Assembly (NCBI GenBank): GCA_964016885.1
Contig: OZ024740.1
Location: 236,282,001 to 236,346,000 of the forward strand
DNA: 64,000 nt
Direction of reading: 5' to 3'
Source of the DNA: Eledone cirrhosa
Taxonomy: Eukaryota
A program made the position numbers and the translations under genes. The notes beneath the pieces were generated by a model. That model saw only the letters and a program-made list of their open reading frames with translations. It ran no database searches and was not told the DNA's origin. This document shows positions 18,001 to 35,240 of this stretch, piece by piece; the first letter of the stretch is position 1; each line of letters opens with the position of its first letter.

Positions 18001-21000
18001 CAATACAACACCTCTACCTTTAATACCATACAACACCACACTATACAGTCACTACAACACCTCTACCTTCACTACCATACAACACCACACCATACAGTCA
18101 CTACAACACCTCTAACTTCACTATCATACAACACCACACCATACAGTCACAACAACACCTCTACCTTCACTACCATCCAACACCACACCATACATTCACT
18201 ACAACACCTCTACCTTCACTACCATACAACACCACACCCTACAGTCTCTACAACACCTCTACCTTCACTACCATACAACACCACACCATACAGTCACTAC
18301 AACACCTCTACCTTCACTACCATACAACACCACACTATACAGTCACTACAACAGCTCTACCTTCACTATCATACAACACCACACCATACAGTCACTACAA
18401 CACCTCTACCTTCACTACCATACAACACCACACCATACAGTCACTACAACACCTCTACCTTCACTACCATACAACACCACACCATACAGTCACTACAACA
18501 CCCCTACCTTCACTACCATACAACACCCCACACTATACAGTCACTACAACACCTCTACCTTCACTACCATACAACACCACACCACAGTCACTACAACACC
18601 TCTACCTTCACTACCATACAACACCACACCATACAGTCACTACAACACCTCTACATTCACTACCATACAACACCACACCATACAGTCACTACAATACCTC
18701 TACCTTCACTACCATACAACACCACACCATACAGTCACTGCAACACCTCTACCTTCACTACCATACAACACCACACCATACAGTCACTACAACACCTCTA
18801 CATTCACTACCATACAACACCACACTATACAGTCACTACAACACCTCTACCTTCACCACCATACAACACCATTCCATACAGTCACTACAACACCTCTACC
18901 TTCACTACCATACAACACAACACCATACAGTCACTACAACACCTCTACCTTCACTACCATACAACACCACACCATACAGTCACTACAACACCTCTACCTT
19001 CACTACCATACAACACCACACCATACAGTCACTACAACACCTCTACCTTCACTACCATACAACACCACACCATACAGTCACTACAACACCTCTACCTTCA
19101 CTACCATACAACACCACACCATACAGTCAATACAACACATCTACATTCACTACCATACAACACCACACTATACAGTCACTACAACACCTCTACCTTCACT
19201 ACCATACAACACTAAACCATACAGTCACTACAACACCTCTACCTTAACTACCATACAACACCAAACCATACATTCACTACAACACCTCTACCTTCACTAC
19301 CATACAACACCACACCATACAGTCACTACAACACCTCTACCTTCACTACCATACAACACCACACCATACAGTCACTACAACACCTCTACCTTCACTACCA
19401 TACAACACCACACCATACAGTCACTACAACACCTCTACCTTCACTACCATACAACACCACACCATACAATCACTACAACACCTCTATCTTCACTACCATA
19501 CAACACCACACCATACAGTCACTACAACACCTCTACCTTCACTACCATACAACACCACACCATACAGTCACTACAACACCTCTACCTTCACTACCATACC
19601 ATACAGTCACTACAACACCTCTACCTTCACTACCATACAACACCACACCATACAGTCACTACAACACCTCTATCTTCACTACCATACAACACCACACCAT
19701 ACAGTCACTACAACACCTCTACCTTCACTACCATACAACACCACACTATACAGTCACTACAACACCTCTACCTTCACTACCATACAACACTACACCATAC
19801 AGTCACTACAACACCTCTACATTTAATACCATACAACACCACACCATACAGTCACTACAACACCTCTACCTTCACTACCATACAACACTACACCATACAG
19901 TCAATACAACAACTCTACCTTTAATACCATACAACACCACACTATACAGTCACTACAACACCTCTACCTTCACTACCATACAACACCACACCATACAGTC
20001 ACTACAACACCTCTACCTTCACTATCATACAACACCACACCATACAGTCACTACAACACCTCTACCTTCACTACCATACAACACCACACCATACATTCAC
20101 TACAACACCTCTACCTTCACTACCATACAACACCACACCCTACAGTCTCTACAACACCTCTACCTTCACTACCATACAACACCACACCATACAGTCACTA
20201 CAACACCTCTACCTTCACTACCATACAACACCACACTATACAGTCACTACAACACCTCTACCTTCACTATCATACAACACCACACCATACAGTCACTACA
20301 ACACCTCTACCTTCACTACCATACAACACCACACTATACAGTCACTACAACACCTCTACCTTCACTACCATACAACACCACACTATACAGTCACTACAAC
20401 ACCTCTACCTTCACTACCATACAACACCACACTATACTGTCACTACAACACCCCTACCTTCACTACCATACAACACTACACCATACAGACAATACAACAC
20501 CTCTACCTTCACTACCATACAACACTACACCATACAGTCACTACAACACCTCTACCTTTACTACCATACAACACCACACCATACAGTCACTACAACACCT
20601 ATACCTTCACTACCATACAACACCACACCATACAGTCACAACAACACATCTACCTTCACTACCATACAACACCACACCATACAGTCACTACAACACCTCT
20701 ACCTTCACTACCATACAACACCACACCATACAGTCAATACAACACCTCTACCTTCACTACCATACAACACCACACCATACAGTCACTACAACACCTCTAC
20801 CTTCACTACCATACAACACCAAACCATACATTCACTACAACACCTTTACCTTCACTATCATACAACACCACACCATACAGTCACTACAACACCTCTACCT
20901 TCACTACCATACAACACCACACCATACAGTCACTACAACACCTCTACCTTCACTACCATACAACACTACACCATACAGTCAATACAACACCTCTACCTTC

Positions 21001-24000
21001 ACTACCATACAACACCACACCATACAGTCACTACAACACCTCTACCTTCACTACCATACAACACCCCACCATACAGTCACTACAACACCTCTACCTTCAC
21101 TACCATACAACACTACACCATACAGTCAATACAACACCTCTACCTTCACTACCATACAACACCACACTATACTGTCACTACAACACCCCTACCTTCACTA
21201 CCATACAACACTACACCATACAGACAATACAACACCTCTACCTTCACTACCATACAACACCACACCATACAGTCACTACAACACCTCTACCTTCACTACC
21301 ATACAACACCACACCATACAGTCACTACAACACCTCTACCTTCACTACCATACAACACTACACCATACAGTCAATACAACACCTCTACCTTCACTACCAT
21401 ACAACACCACACCATACAGTCACTACACCACCTCTACCTTCACTACCATACAACACCACACCATACAGTCACTACAACACCTCTACCTTCACTACCATAC
21501 AACATCACACCATACAGTCACTACAACACCTCTAGCTTAACTACCATACAACACCACACTATACAGTCACTACAACACCTCTACCTTCAATACCATACAA
21601 CACTACACCATACAGTCAATACAACACCTCTACCTTCACTACCATACAACACCACACTATACTGTCACTACAACACCCCTACCTTCACTACCATACAACA
21701 CTACACCATACAGACAATACAACACCTCTACCTTCACTACCATACAACACCACACCATACAGTCACTACAACACCTCTACCTTCACTACCATACAACACC
21801 ACACCATACAGTCACTACAACACCTCTACCTTCACTACCATACAACACTACACCATACAGTCAATACAACACCTCTACCTTCACTACCATACAACACCAC
21901 ACCATACAGTCACTACACCACCTCTACCTTCACTACCATACAACACCACACCATACAGTCACTACAACACCTCTACCTTCACTACCATACAACATCACAC
22001 CATACAGTCACTACAACACCTCTAGCTTAACTACCATACAACACCACACTATACAGTCACTACAACACCTCTACCTTCACTACCATACAACACCACACCA
22101 TACAGTCACTACAACACCTCTACCTTCACTACCATACAACACCACACCATACAGTCACTACAACACCTCTACCTTCACTACCATACAACACTACACCATA
22201 CAGTCAATACAACACCTCTACCTTCACTACCATACAACACCACACCATACAGTCACTACACCACCTCTACCTTCACTACCATACAACACCACACCATACA
22301 GTCACTACAACACCTCTACCTTCACTACCATACAACACCACACCATACAGTCACTAAAACACCTCTACCTTCACTACCATACAACACCACATTATACAGT
22401 CACTACAACACCTCTACCTTTACTACCATACAACACCACACCATACAGTCACTACAACACCTATACCTTCACTACCATACAACACCACACCATACAGTCA
22501 CAACAACACATCTACCTTCACTACCATACAACACCACACCATACAGTCACTACAACACCTCTACCTTCACTACCATACAACACCACACCATACAGTCAAT
22601 ACAACACCTCTACCTTCACTACCATACAACACCACACCATACAGTCACTACAACACCTCTACCTTCACTACCATACAACACCAAACCATACATTCACTAC
22701 AACACCTTTACCTTCACTATCATACAACACCACACCATACAGTCACTACAACACCTCTACCTTCACTACCATACAACACCACACCATACAGTCACTACAA
22801 CACCTCTACCTTCACTACCATACAACACTACACCATACAGTCAATACAACACCTCTACCTTCACTACCATACAACACCACACCATACAGTCACTACAACA
22901 CCTCTACCTTCACTACCATACAACACCCCACCATACAGTCACTACAACACCTCTACCTTCACTACCATACAACACTACACCATACAGTCAATACAACACC
23001 TCTACCTTCACTACCATACAACACCACACTATACTGTCACTACAACACCCCTACCTTCACTACCATACAACACTACACCATACAGACAATACAACACCTC
23101 TACCTTCACTACCATACAACACCACACCATACAGTCACTACAACACCTCTACCTTCACTACCATACAACACCACACCATACAGTCACTACAACACCTCTA
23201 CCTTCACTACCATACAACACTACACCATACAGTCAATACAACACCTCTACCTTCACTACCATACAACACCACACCATACAGTCACTACACCACCTCTACC
23301 TTCACTACCATACAACACCACACCATACAGTCACTACAACACCTCTACCTTCACTACCATACAACATCACACCATACAGTCACTACAACACCTCTAGCTT
23401 AACTACCATACAACACCACACTATACAGTCACTACAACACCTCTACCTTCAATACCATACAACACTACACCATACAGTCAATACAACACCTCTACCTTCA
23501 CTACCATACAACACCACACTATACTGTCACTACAACACCCCTACCTTCACTACCATACAACACTACACCATACAGACAATACAACACCTCTACCTTCACT
23601 ACCATACAACACCACACCATACAGTCACTACAACACCTCTACCTTCACTACCATACAACACCACACCATACAGTCACTACAACACCTCTACCTTCACTAC
23701 CATACAACACTACACCATACAGTCAATACAACACCTCTACCTTCACTACCATACAACACCACACCATACAGTCACTACAACACCTCTACCTTCACTACCA
23801 TACAACACCACACCATACAGTCACTACAACACCTCTACCTTCACTACCATACAACACCACACCATACAGTCACTACAACACCTCTACCTTCACTACCATA
23901 CAACACCACACTATACAGTCACTACAACACCTCTACCTTCACTACCATACAACACCACACCATACAGTCACTACACCACCTCTACCTTCACTACCATACA

Positions 24001-27000
24001 ACACCACACCATACAGTCACTACAACACCTCTACCTTCACTACCATACAACACCACACCATACAGTCACTACAACACCTCTACCTTCACTACCATACAAC
24101 ACTACACCATACAGTCAATACAACACCTCTACCTTCACTACCATACAACACCACACCATACAGTCACTACACCACCTCTACCTTCACTACCATACAACAC
24201 CACACCATACAGTCACTACAACACCTCTACCTTCACTACCATACAACACCACACCATACAGTCACTACAACACCTCTACCTTCACTACCATACAACATCA
24301 CACCATACAGTCACTACAACACCTCTACCTTCACTATCATACAACACCACACCATACAGTCACTAAAACACCTCTACCTTCACTACCATACAACACCACA
24401 TTATACAGTCACTACAACACCTCTACCTTCACTACCATACAACACCACACCATACAGTCACTACAACACCTCTACCTTCACTACCATACAACACCACACT
24501 ATACAGTCACTACAACACCTTTACCTTCACTACCATACAACACCACACCATACAGTCACTACAACACCTCTACCTTCACTACCATACAACACCACACTAT
24601 ACAGTCACTACAACACCTCTACCTTCACTACCATACAACACCACACCATACAGTCCCTACAACACCTCTAGCTTCACTACCATACAACACCACACTATAC
24701 AGTCACTACAACACCTCTACCTTCACTATCATACAACACCACACCATACAGTCACTACAACACCTCTACCTTCACTACCATACAACACCACATTATACAG
24801 TCACTACAACACCTCTACCTTCACTACCATACAACACCACACCATACAGTCACTACAACACCTCTACCTTCACTACCATACAACACCAAACCATACATTC
24901 ACTACAACACCTTTACCTTCACTATCATACAACACCACACCATACAGTCACTACAACACCTCTACCTTCACTACCATACAACATCACACCATACAGTCAC
25001 TACAACACCTCTAGCTTAACTACCATACAACACCACACTATACAGTCACTACAACACCTCTACCTTCACTAGCATACAACACCACACCATACAGTCACTA
25101 CAACACCTCTACCTTCACTACCATACAACACCACACTATACAGTCACTACAACACCTCTACCTTCACTACCATACAACACCACACCATACAGTTACTACA
25201 ACACCTCTACCTTCACTACCATACAACACCACACTATACAGTCAATACAACACCTCTACCTTCACTACCATACAAACCACACCATACAGTCACTACAACA
25301 CCTCTACCTTCACTACCATACAACACCCCACCATACAGTCACTACAACACCTCTACCTTCACTACCATACAACACTACACCATACAGTCAATACAACACC
25401 TCTACCTTCACTACCATACAACACCACACTATACAGTCACTACAACACCCCTACCTTCACTACCATACAACACTACACCATACAGACAATACAACACCTC
25501 TACCTTCACTACCATACAACACCACACCATACAGTCACTACAACACCTCTACCTTCACTACCATACAACACCACACCATACAGTCACTACAACACCTCTA
25601 CCTTCACTACCATACAACACTACACCATACAGTCAATACAACACCTCTACCTTCACTACCATACAACACCACACCATACAATCACTACACCACCTCTACC
25701 TTCACTACCATACAACACCACACCATACAGTCACTACAACACCTCTACCTTCACTACCATACAACACCACACTATACAGTCACTACAACACCTCTACCTT
25801 CACTACCATACAACACCACACCATACAGTCACTACAACACCTCTACCTTCACTACCATACAACATCACACCATACAGTCACTACAACACCTCTACCTTCA
25901 CTACCATACAACACTACACCATACAGTCAATACAACACCTCTACCTTTAATACCATACAACACCACACCATACAGTCACTACAACACCTCTACCTTCACT
26001 ACCATACAACATCACACCATACAGTCACTACAACACCTCTAGCTTCACTACCATACAACACCACACTATACAGTCACTACAACACCTCTACCTTCACTAC
26101 AATACAACACCACACTATACAGTCACTACAACACCTCTACCTTCACTACCATACAACACCACACTATACAGTCACTACAACACCTCTACCTTCACTACCA
26201 TACAACACCACACCATACAGTCACTACAACACCTCTACCTTCACTACCATACAACACCACACTATACAGTCACTACAACACCTCTACCTTCATTACCATA
26301 CAACACCACACCATACAGTTACTACAACACCTCTACCTTCACTACCATACAACACCACACTATACAGTCACTACAACACCTCTACCTTCACTACCATACA
26401 ACACCACACCATACAGTCACTACAACACCTCTACCTTCACTACCATACAACACCACACCATACAGTTACTACAACACCTCTACCTTCACTACCATACAAC
26501 ACCACACTATACAATCACTACAACACCTCTACCTTCACTACCATACAACACCACACCATACAGTCACTACAACACCTCTACCTTCACTACCATACAACAC
26601 CACACCATACAGTCACTACACTACCTCTACCTTCACTACCATACAACACCACACCATACAGTCACTACAACACCTCTACCTTCACTACCATACAACACCA
26701 CACCATACAGTCACTACACCACCTCTACCTTCACTACCATACAACACCACACCATACAGTCACTACAACACCTCTACCTTCACTACCATACAACAACACA
26801 CCATACAGTCACTACAACACCTCTACCTTCACTACCATACAACACCACACCATACAGTCACTACAACACCTCTACCTTCACTACCATACAACACCACACC
26901 ATACAGTCACTACAACACCTCTACCTTCACTACAATACAACACCACACCATACAGTCACTACAATACCTCTACCTTCACTACCATACAACACCACACCAT

Positions 27001-30000
27001 ACAGTCACTACAACACCTCTACCTTCACTACCATACAACACCACACTATACAGTCACTACAACACCTCTACCTTCACTACCATACAACACCACACCATAC
27101 AGTCACTACAACACCTCTACCTTCACTACCATACAACACCACACCATACAGTCAGTACACCACCTCTACCTTCACTACCATACAACACCACACTATACAG
27201 TCACTACAACACCCCTACCTTCACTACCATACAACACTACACCATACAGACAATACAACACCTCTACCTTCACTACCATACAACACCACACCATACAGTC
27301 ACTACAACACCTCTACCTTCACTACCATACAACACCACACTATACAGTCACTACATCACCCCTACCTTCACTACCATACAACACTACACCATACAGACAA
27401 TACAACACCTCTACCTTCACTACCATACAACACCACACCATACAGTCACTACAACACCTCTACCTTCACTACCATACAACACCACACCATACAGTCACTA
27501 CAACACCTCTACCTTCACTACCATACAACACTACACCATACAGTCAATACAACACCTCTACCTTCACTACCATACAACACCACACCATACAGTCACTACA
27601 CCACCTCTACCTTCACTACCATACAACACCACACCATACAGTCACTACAACACCTCTACCTTCACTACCATACAACACCACACCATACAGTCACTACAAC
27701 ACCTCTACCTTCACTACCATACAACACCACACCATACAGTCACTACAACACCTCTACCTTCACTACCATACAACATCACACCATACAGTCACTACAACAC
27801 CTCTACCTTCACTACCATACAACACTACACCATACAGTCAATACAACACCTCTACCTTTAATACCATACAACACCACACCATACAGTCACTACAACACCT
27901 CTACCTTCACTACCATACAACATCACACCATACAGTCACTACAACACCTCTACCTTCACTACCATACAACACCACACTATACAGTCACTACAACACCACT
28001 ACCTTCACTACCATACAACACCACACCATACAGTCACTACAACACCTCTACCTTCACTACCATACAACACCACACTATACAGTCACTACAACACCTCTAC
28101 CTTCACTACCATACAACACCACACCATACAGTTACTACAACACCTCTACCTTCACTACCATACAACACCACACTATACAGTCACTACAACACCTCTACCT
28201 TCACTACCATACAACACCACACCATACAGTCACTACAACACCTCTACCTTCACTACCATACAACACCACACCATACAGTTACTACAACACCTCTACCTTC
28301 ACTACCATACAACACCACACTATACAGTCACTACAACACCTCTACCTTCACTACCATACAACACCACACCATACAGTCACTACAACACCTCTACCTTCAC
28401 AACCATACAACACCACACCATACAGTCACTACACTACCTCTACCTTCACTACCATACAACACCACACCATACAGTCACTACAACACCTCTACCTTCACTA
28501 CCATACAACACCACACCATACAGTCACTACACCACCTCTACCTTCACTACCATACAACACCACACCATACAGTTACTACAACACCTCTACCTTCACTACC
28601 ATACAACACCACACTATACAGTCACTACAACACCTCTACCTTCACTACCATACAACACCACACCATACAGTCACTACAACACCTCTACCTTCACTACCAT
28701 ACAACACCACACCATACAGTCACTACACCACCTCTACCTTCACTACCATACAACACCACACCATACAGTCACTACAACACCTCTACCTTCACTACCATAC
28801 AACACCACACCATACAGTCACTACAACACCTCTACCTTCACTACCATACCACACCACACTATACAGTCACTACAACACCTCTACCTTCACTACCATACAA
28901 CACCACACTATACAGTCACTACAACACCTCCACCTTCACTACCATACAACACCACACCATACAGTCACTACAACACCTCTACCTTCACTACCATACAACA
29001 CCACACCATACAGTCACTACAACACCTCTACCTTCACTACCATACAACACCACACTATACAGTCACTACAACACCTCTACCTTCACTACCATACAAGACC
29101 ACACCATACAGTTACTACAACACCTCTACCTTCACTACCATACAACACCACACTATACAGTCACTACAACACCTCTACCTTCACTACCATACAACACCAC
29201 ACCATACAGTCACTACACCACCTCTACCTTCACTACCATACAACACCACACCATACAGTCACTACAACACCTCTACCTTCACTACCATACAACACCACAC
29301 CATACAGTCACTACAACACCTCTACCTTCACTACCATACAACACCACACCATACAGTCACTACACTACCTCTACCTTCACTACCATACAACACCACACCA
29401 TACAGTCACTACAACACCTCTACCTTCACTACCATACAACACCACACTATACAGTCACTACAACACCTCTACCTTCACTACCATACAACACCACACCATA
29501 CAGTCACTACAACACCTCTACCTTCACTACCATACAACACCACACCATACAGTCACTACAACACCTCTACCTTCACTACCATACCACACCACACTATACA
29601 GTCACTACAACACCTCTACCTTCACTACCATACAACACCACACTATACAGTCACTACAACACCTCCACCTTCACTACCATACAACACCACACCATACAGT
29701 CACTACAACACCTCTACCTTCACTACCATACAACACCACACCATACAGTCACTACAACACCTCTACCTGCACTACCATACAACACCACACTATACAGTCA
29801 CTACAACACCTCTACCTTCACTACCATACAACACCACACCATACAGTCACTACAACACCTCTACCTTCACTACCATACAAGACCACACCATACAGTTACT
29901 ACAACACCTCTACCTTCACTACCATACAACACCACACTATACAGTCACTACAACACCTCTACCTTCACTACCATACAACACCACACCATACAGTCACTAC

Positions 30001-33000
30001 AACACCTCTACCTTCACTACCATACAACACCACACCATACAGTCGCTACAACACCTCTACCTTCACTACCATACAACACCACACTATACAGTCACTACAA
30101 CACCTCTACCTTCACTACCATACAACACCACACCATACAGTCACTACACCACCTCTACCTTCACTACCATACAACACCACACCATACAGTCACTACACTA
30201 ACTCTACCTTCACTACCATACAACACCACACCATACAGTCACTACACCACCTCTACCTTCACTACCATACAACACCACACTATACAGTCACTACAACACC
30301 ACTACCTTCACTACCATACCACACCACACTATACAGTCACTACAACACCTCTACCTTCACTACCATACAACACCACACTATACAGTCACTACAACACCTC
30401 TACCTTCACTACCATACAACACCACACCATACAGTCACTACAACACCTCTACCTTCACTACCATACAACACCACACCATACAGTTACTACACCACCTCTA
30501 CCTTCACTACCATACAACAACACACCATACAGTCACTACAACACCTCTACCTTCACTACCATACAACACCACACCATACAGTCACTACAACACCTCTACC
30601 TTCACTACCATACAACACCACACCATACATTCACTACAACACCTCTACCTTCACTACCATACAACACCACACTATACAGTCACTACACCACCTCTACCTT
30701 CACTACCATACAACACCACACCATACAGTCACTACAACACCTCTATCTTCACTACCATACAACACCACACTACACAGTCACTACAACACCTCTACCTTCA
30801 CTACCATACAACACCACACCATACAGTCACTACAACACCTCTACCTTCACTACCATACAACACCACACCATACAGTCACTACAACACCTCTACCTTCACT
30901 ACCATACAACACCACACTATACAGTCACTACAACACCTCTACCTTCACTACCATACAACACCACACTATACAGTCACTACAACACCTCTACCTTCACTAC
31001 CATACAACACCACACCATACAGTCACTTCAACACCTCTACCTTCACTACCATACAACACCACACCATACAGTCACTACAACACCTCTACCTTCACTACCA
31101 TACAACACCACACCATACAGTCACTACAACACCTTTACCTACACTACCATACAACACCACACTATACAGTCACTACAACACCTCTACCTTCACTACCATA
31201 CACCACCACACTATAGTCACTACAACACCTCTACCTACACTACCATACAACACCACACTATACAGTCACTACAACACCTCTACCTTCACTACCATACAAC
31301 ACCACACCATACAGTCACTACAACACCTCTACCTTCACTACCATACCACACCACACTATACAGTCACTACAACACCTCTACCTTCACTACCATACAACAC
31401 CACACTATACAGTCACTACAACACCTCCACCTTCACTACCATACAACACCACACCATACAGTCACTACAACACCTCTACCTTCACTACCATACAACACCA
31501 CACCATACAGTCACTACAACACCTCTACCTTCACTACCATACAACACCACACTATACAGTCACTACAACACCTCTACCTTCACTACCATACAACACCACA
31601 CCATACAGTCACTACAACACCTCTACCTTCACTACCATACAAGACCACACCATACAGTTACTACAACACCTCTACCTTCACTACCATACAACACCACACT
31701 ATACAGTCACTACAACACCTCTACCTTCACTACCATACAACACCACACCATACAGTCACTACACCACCTCTACCTTCACTACCATACAACACCACACCAT
31801 ACAGTCACTACAACACCTCTACCTTCACTACCATACAACACCACACCATACAGTCACTACAACACCTCTACCTTCACTACCATACAACACCACACCATAC
31901 AGTCACTACACTACCTCTACCTTCACTACCATACAACACCACACCATACAGTCACTACAACACCTCTACCTTCACTACCATACAACACCACACTATACAG
32001 TCACTACAACACCTCTACCTTCACTACCATACAACACCACACCATACAGTCACTACACTACCTCTACCTTCACTACCATACAACACCACACCATACAGTC
32101 ACTACAACACCTCTACCTTCACTACCATACAACACCACACTATACAGTCACTACAACACCTCTACCTTCACTACCATACAACACCACACCATACAGTCAC
32201 TACAACACCTCTACCTTCACTACCATACAAGACCACACCATACAGTTACTACAACACCTCTACCTTCACTACCATACAACACCACACTATACAGTCACTA
32301 CAACACCTCTACCTTCACTACCATACAACACCACACCATACAGTCGCTACAACACCTCTACCTTCACTACCATACAACACCACACTATACAGTCACTACA
32401 ACACCTCTACCTTCACTACCATACAACACCACACCATACAGTCACTACACCACCTCTACCTTCACTACCATACAACACCACACCATACAGTCACTACACT
32501 AACTCTACCTTCACTACCATACAACACCACACCATACAGTCACTACACCACCTCTACCTTCACTACCATACAACACCACACTATACAGTCACTACAACAC
32601 CACTACCTTCACTACCATACCACACCACACTATACAGTCACTACAACACCTCTACCTTCACTACCATACAACACCACACTATACAGTCACTACAACACCT
32701 CTACCTTCACTACCATACAACACCACACCATACAGTCACTACAACACCTCTACCTTCACTACCATACAACACCACACCATACAGTTACTACACCACCTCT
32801 ACCTTCACTACCATACAACAACACACCATACAGTCACTACAACACCTCTACCTTCACTACCATACAACACCACACCATACAGTCACTACAACACCTCTAC
32901 CTTCACTACCATACAACACCACACCATACATTCACTACAACACCTCTACCTTCACTACCATACAACACCACACTATACAGTCACTACACCACCTCTACCT

Positions 33001-35240
33001 TCACTACCATACAACACCACACCATACAGTCACTACAACACCTCTATCTTCACTACCATACAACACCACACTACACAGTCACTACAACACCTCTACCTTC
33101 ACTACCATACAACACCACACCATACAGTCACTACAACACCTCTACCTTCACTACCATACAACACCACACCATACAGTCACTACAACACCTCTACCTTCAC
33201 TACCATACAACACCACACTATACAGTCACTACAACACCTCTACCTTCACTACCATACAACACCACACTATACAGTCACTACAACACCTCTACCTTCACTA
33301 CCATACAACACCACACCATACAGTCACTTCAACACCTCTACCTTCACTACCATACAACACCACACCATACAGTCACTACAACACCTCTACCTTCACTACC
33401 ATACAACACCACACCATACAGTCACTACAACACCTTTACCTACACTACCATACAACACCACACTATACAGTCACTACAACACCTCTACCTTCACTACCAT
33501 ACACCACCACACTATAGTCACTACAACACCTCTACCTACACTACCATACAACACCACACTATACAGTCACTACAACACCTCTACCTTCACTACCATACAA
33601 CACCACACCATACAGTCACTACAACACCTCTACCTTCACTACCATACAACACCACACCATACAGTCACTACAACACCTCTACCTTCACTACCATACAACA
33701 CCACACCATACAGTCACTACAACACCTTTACCTTCACTACCATACAACACCACACCATACAGTCACTACAGCTCCTCTACCTTCACTACCATACAACACC
33801 ACACTATACAGTCACTACAACACCTCTACCTTCACTACCATACAACACCACACCATACAGTCACTACAACACCTCTACCTTCACTACCATACAACACCAC
33901 ACCATACAGTCACTACAACACCTCTACCTTCACTACCATACAACACCAGACCATACAGTCACTACAACACCTCTACCTTCACTACCATACAACACCACAC
34001 CATACAGTCACTACAACACCTCTACCTTCACCTCCATACAACACCACACCATACAGTCACTACAACACCTCTACCTTCACTACCATACAACACCACACTA
34101 TACAGTCACTACAACACCTCTACTTTCACTACCATACAACACCACACCATACAGTCAATACAACACCTCTACCTTCACTATCATACAACACCACACCATA
34201 CAGTCACTACAACACCTCTACCTTCACTACCATACAACAGCACACTATACAGTCACTACAACACCTCTACCTTCACTATCATACAACACCACACCATACA
34301 GTCACTACAACACCTCTACCTTCACTACCATACAACACCACACCATACAGTCACTACAACACCTCTACCTTCACTACCATACAACACCACACCATACAGT
34401 CACTACAACACCTCTACCTTCACTACCATACAACACCACACCATACAGTCACTACAACACCCCTACCTTCACTACCATACAACACCCCACACTATACAGT
34501 CACTACAACACCTCTACCTTCACTACCATACAACACCACACCACAGTCACTACAACACCTCTACCTTCACTACCATACAACACCACACCATACAGTCACT
34601 ACAACACCTCTACCTTCACTACCATACAACACCACACTATACAGTCACTACAACACCTCTACCTTCACTACCATACAACACCACACCATACAGTCACTGC
34701 AACACCTCTACCTTCACTACCATACAAGACCACACCATACAGTCACTACAACACCTCTACATTCACTACCATACAACACCACACTATACAGTCACTACAA
34801 CACCTCTACCTTCACTACCATACAACACCACACCATACAGTCACTACAACACCTCTACCTTCACTACCATACAACACCACACCATACAGTCACTACAACA
34901 CCTCTACCTTCACTACCATACAACACCACACCATACAGTCACTACACCACCTCTACCTTCACTACCATACAACACCACACCATACAGTCACTACAACACC
35001 TCTACCTTCACTACCATACAACACCACACCATACAGTCACTACAATACCTCTACCTTCACTACCATACAACACCACACCATACAGTCACTACACAACCTC
35101 TACCTTCACTACCATACAACACCACACTATACACTCACGACAACACCTCTACCTTCACTACCATACAACATTACATCATACAGTCACTACAGGTTCTCTG
35201 CCTCCACTATCATTCAACATCATACCACTGACACCTCTAC
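1..35240. repeat. Satellite array, 49-bp unit ACTACCATACAACACCACACCATACAGTCACTACAACACCTCTACCTTC, about 718 head-to-tail copies, open at the left window edge
   Basis: The unit restarts at 1, 50, 99 and so on. Consensus composition is 21 C, 18 A, 9 T, 1 G. Scattered point variants and occasional 47- and 51-bp units occur. The last 1-2 copies (35161-35240) are degenerate. Confidence 0.99.

Noticed and set aside
1-35240. CRISPR-like array
   Set aside because: Contiguous monomers with no unique spacers, no cas genes and a eukaryotic context.
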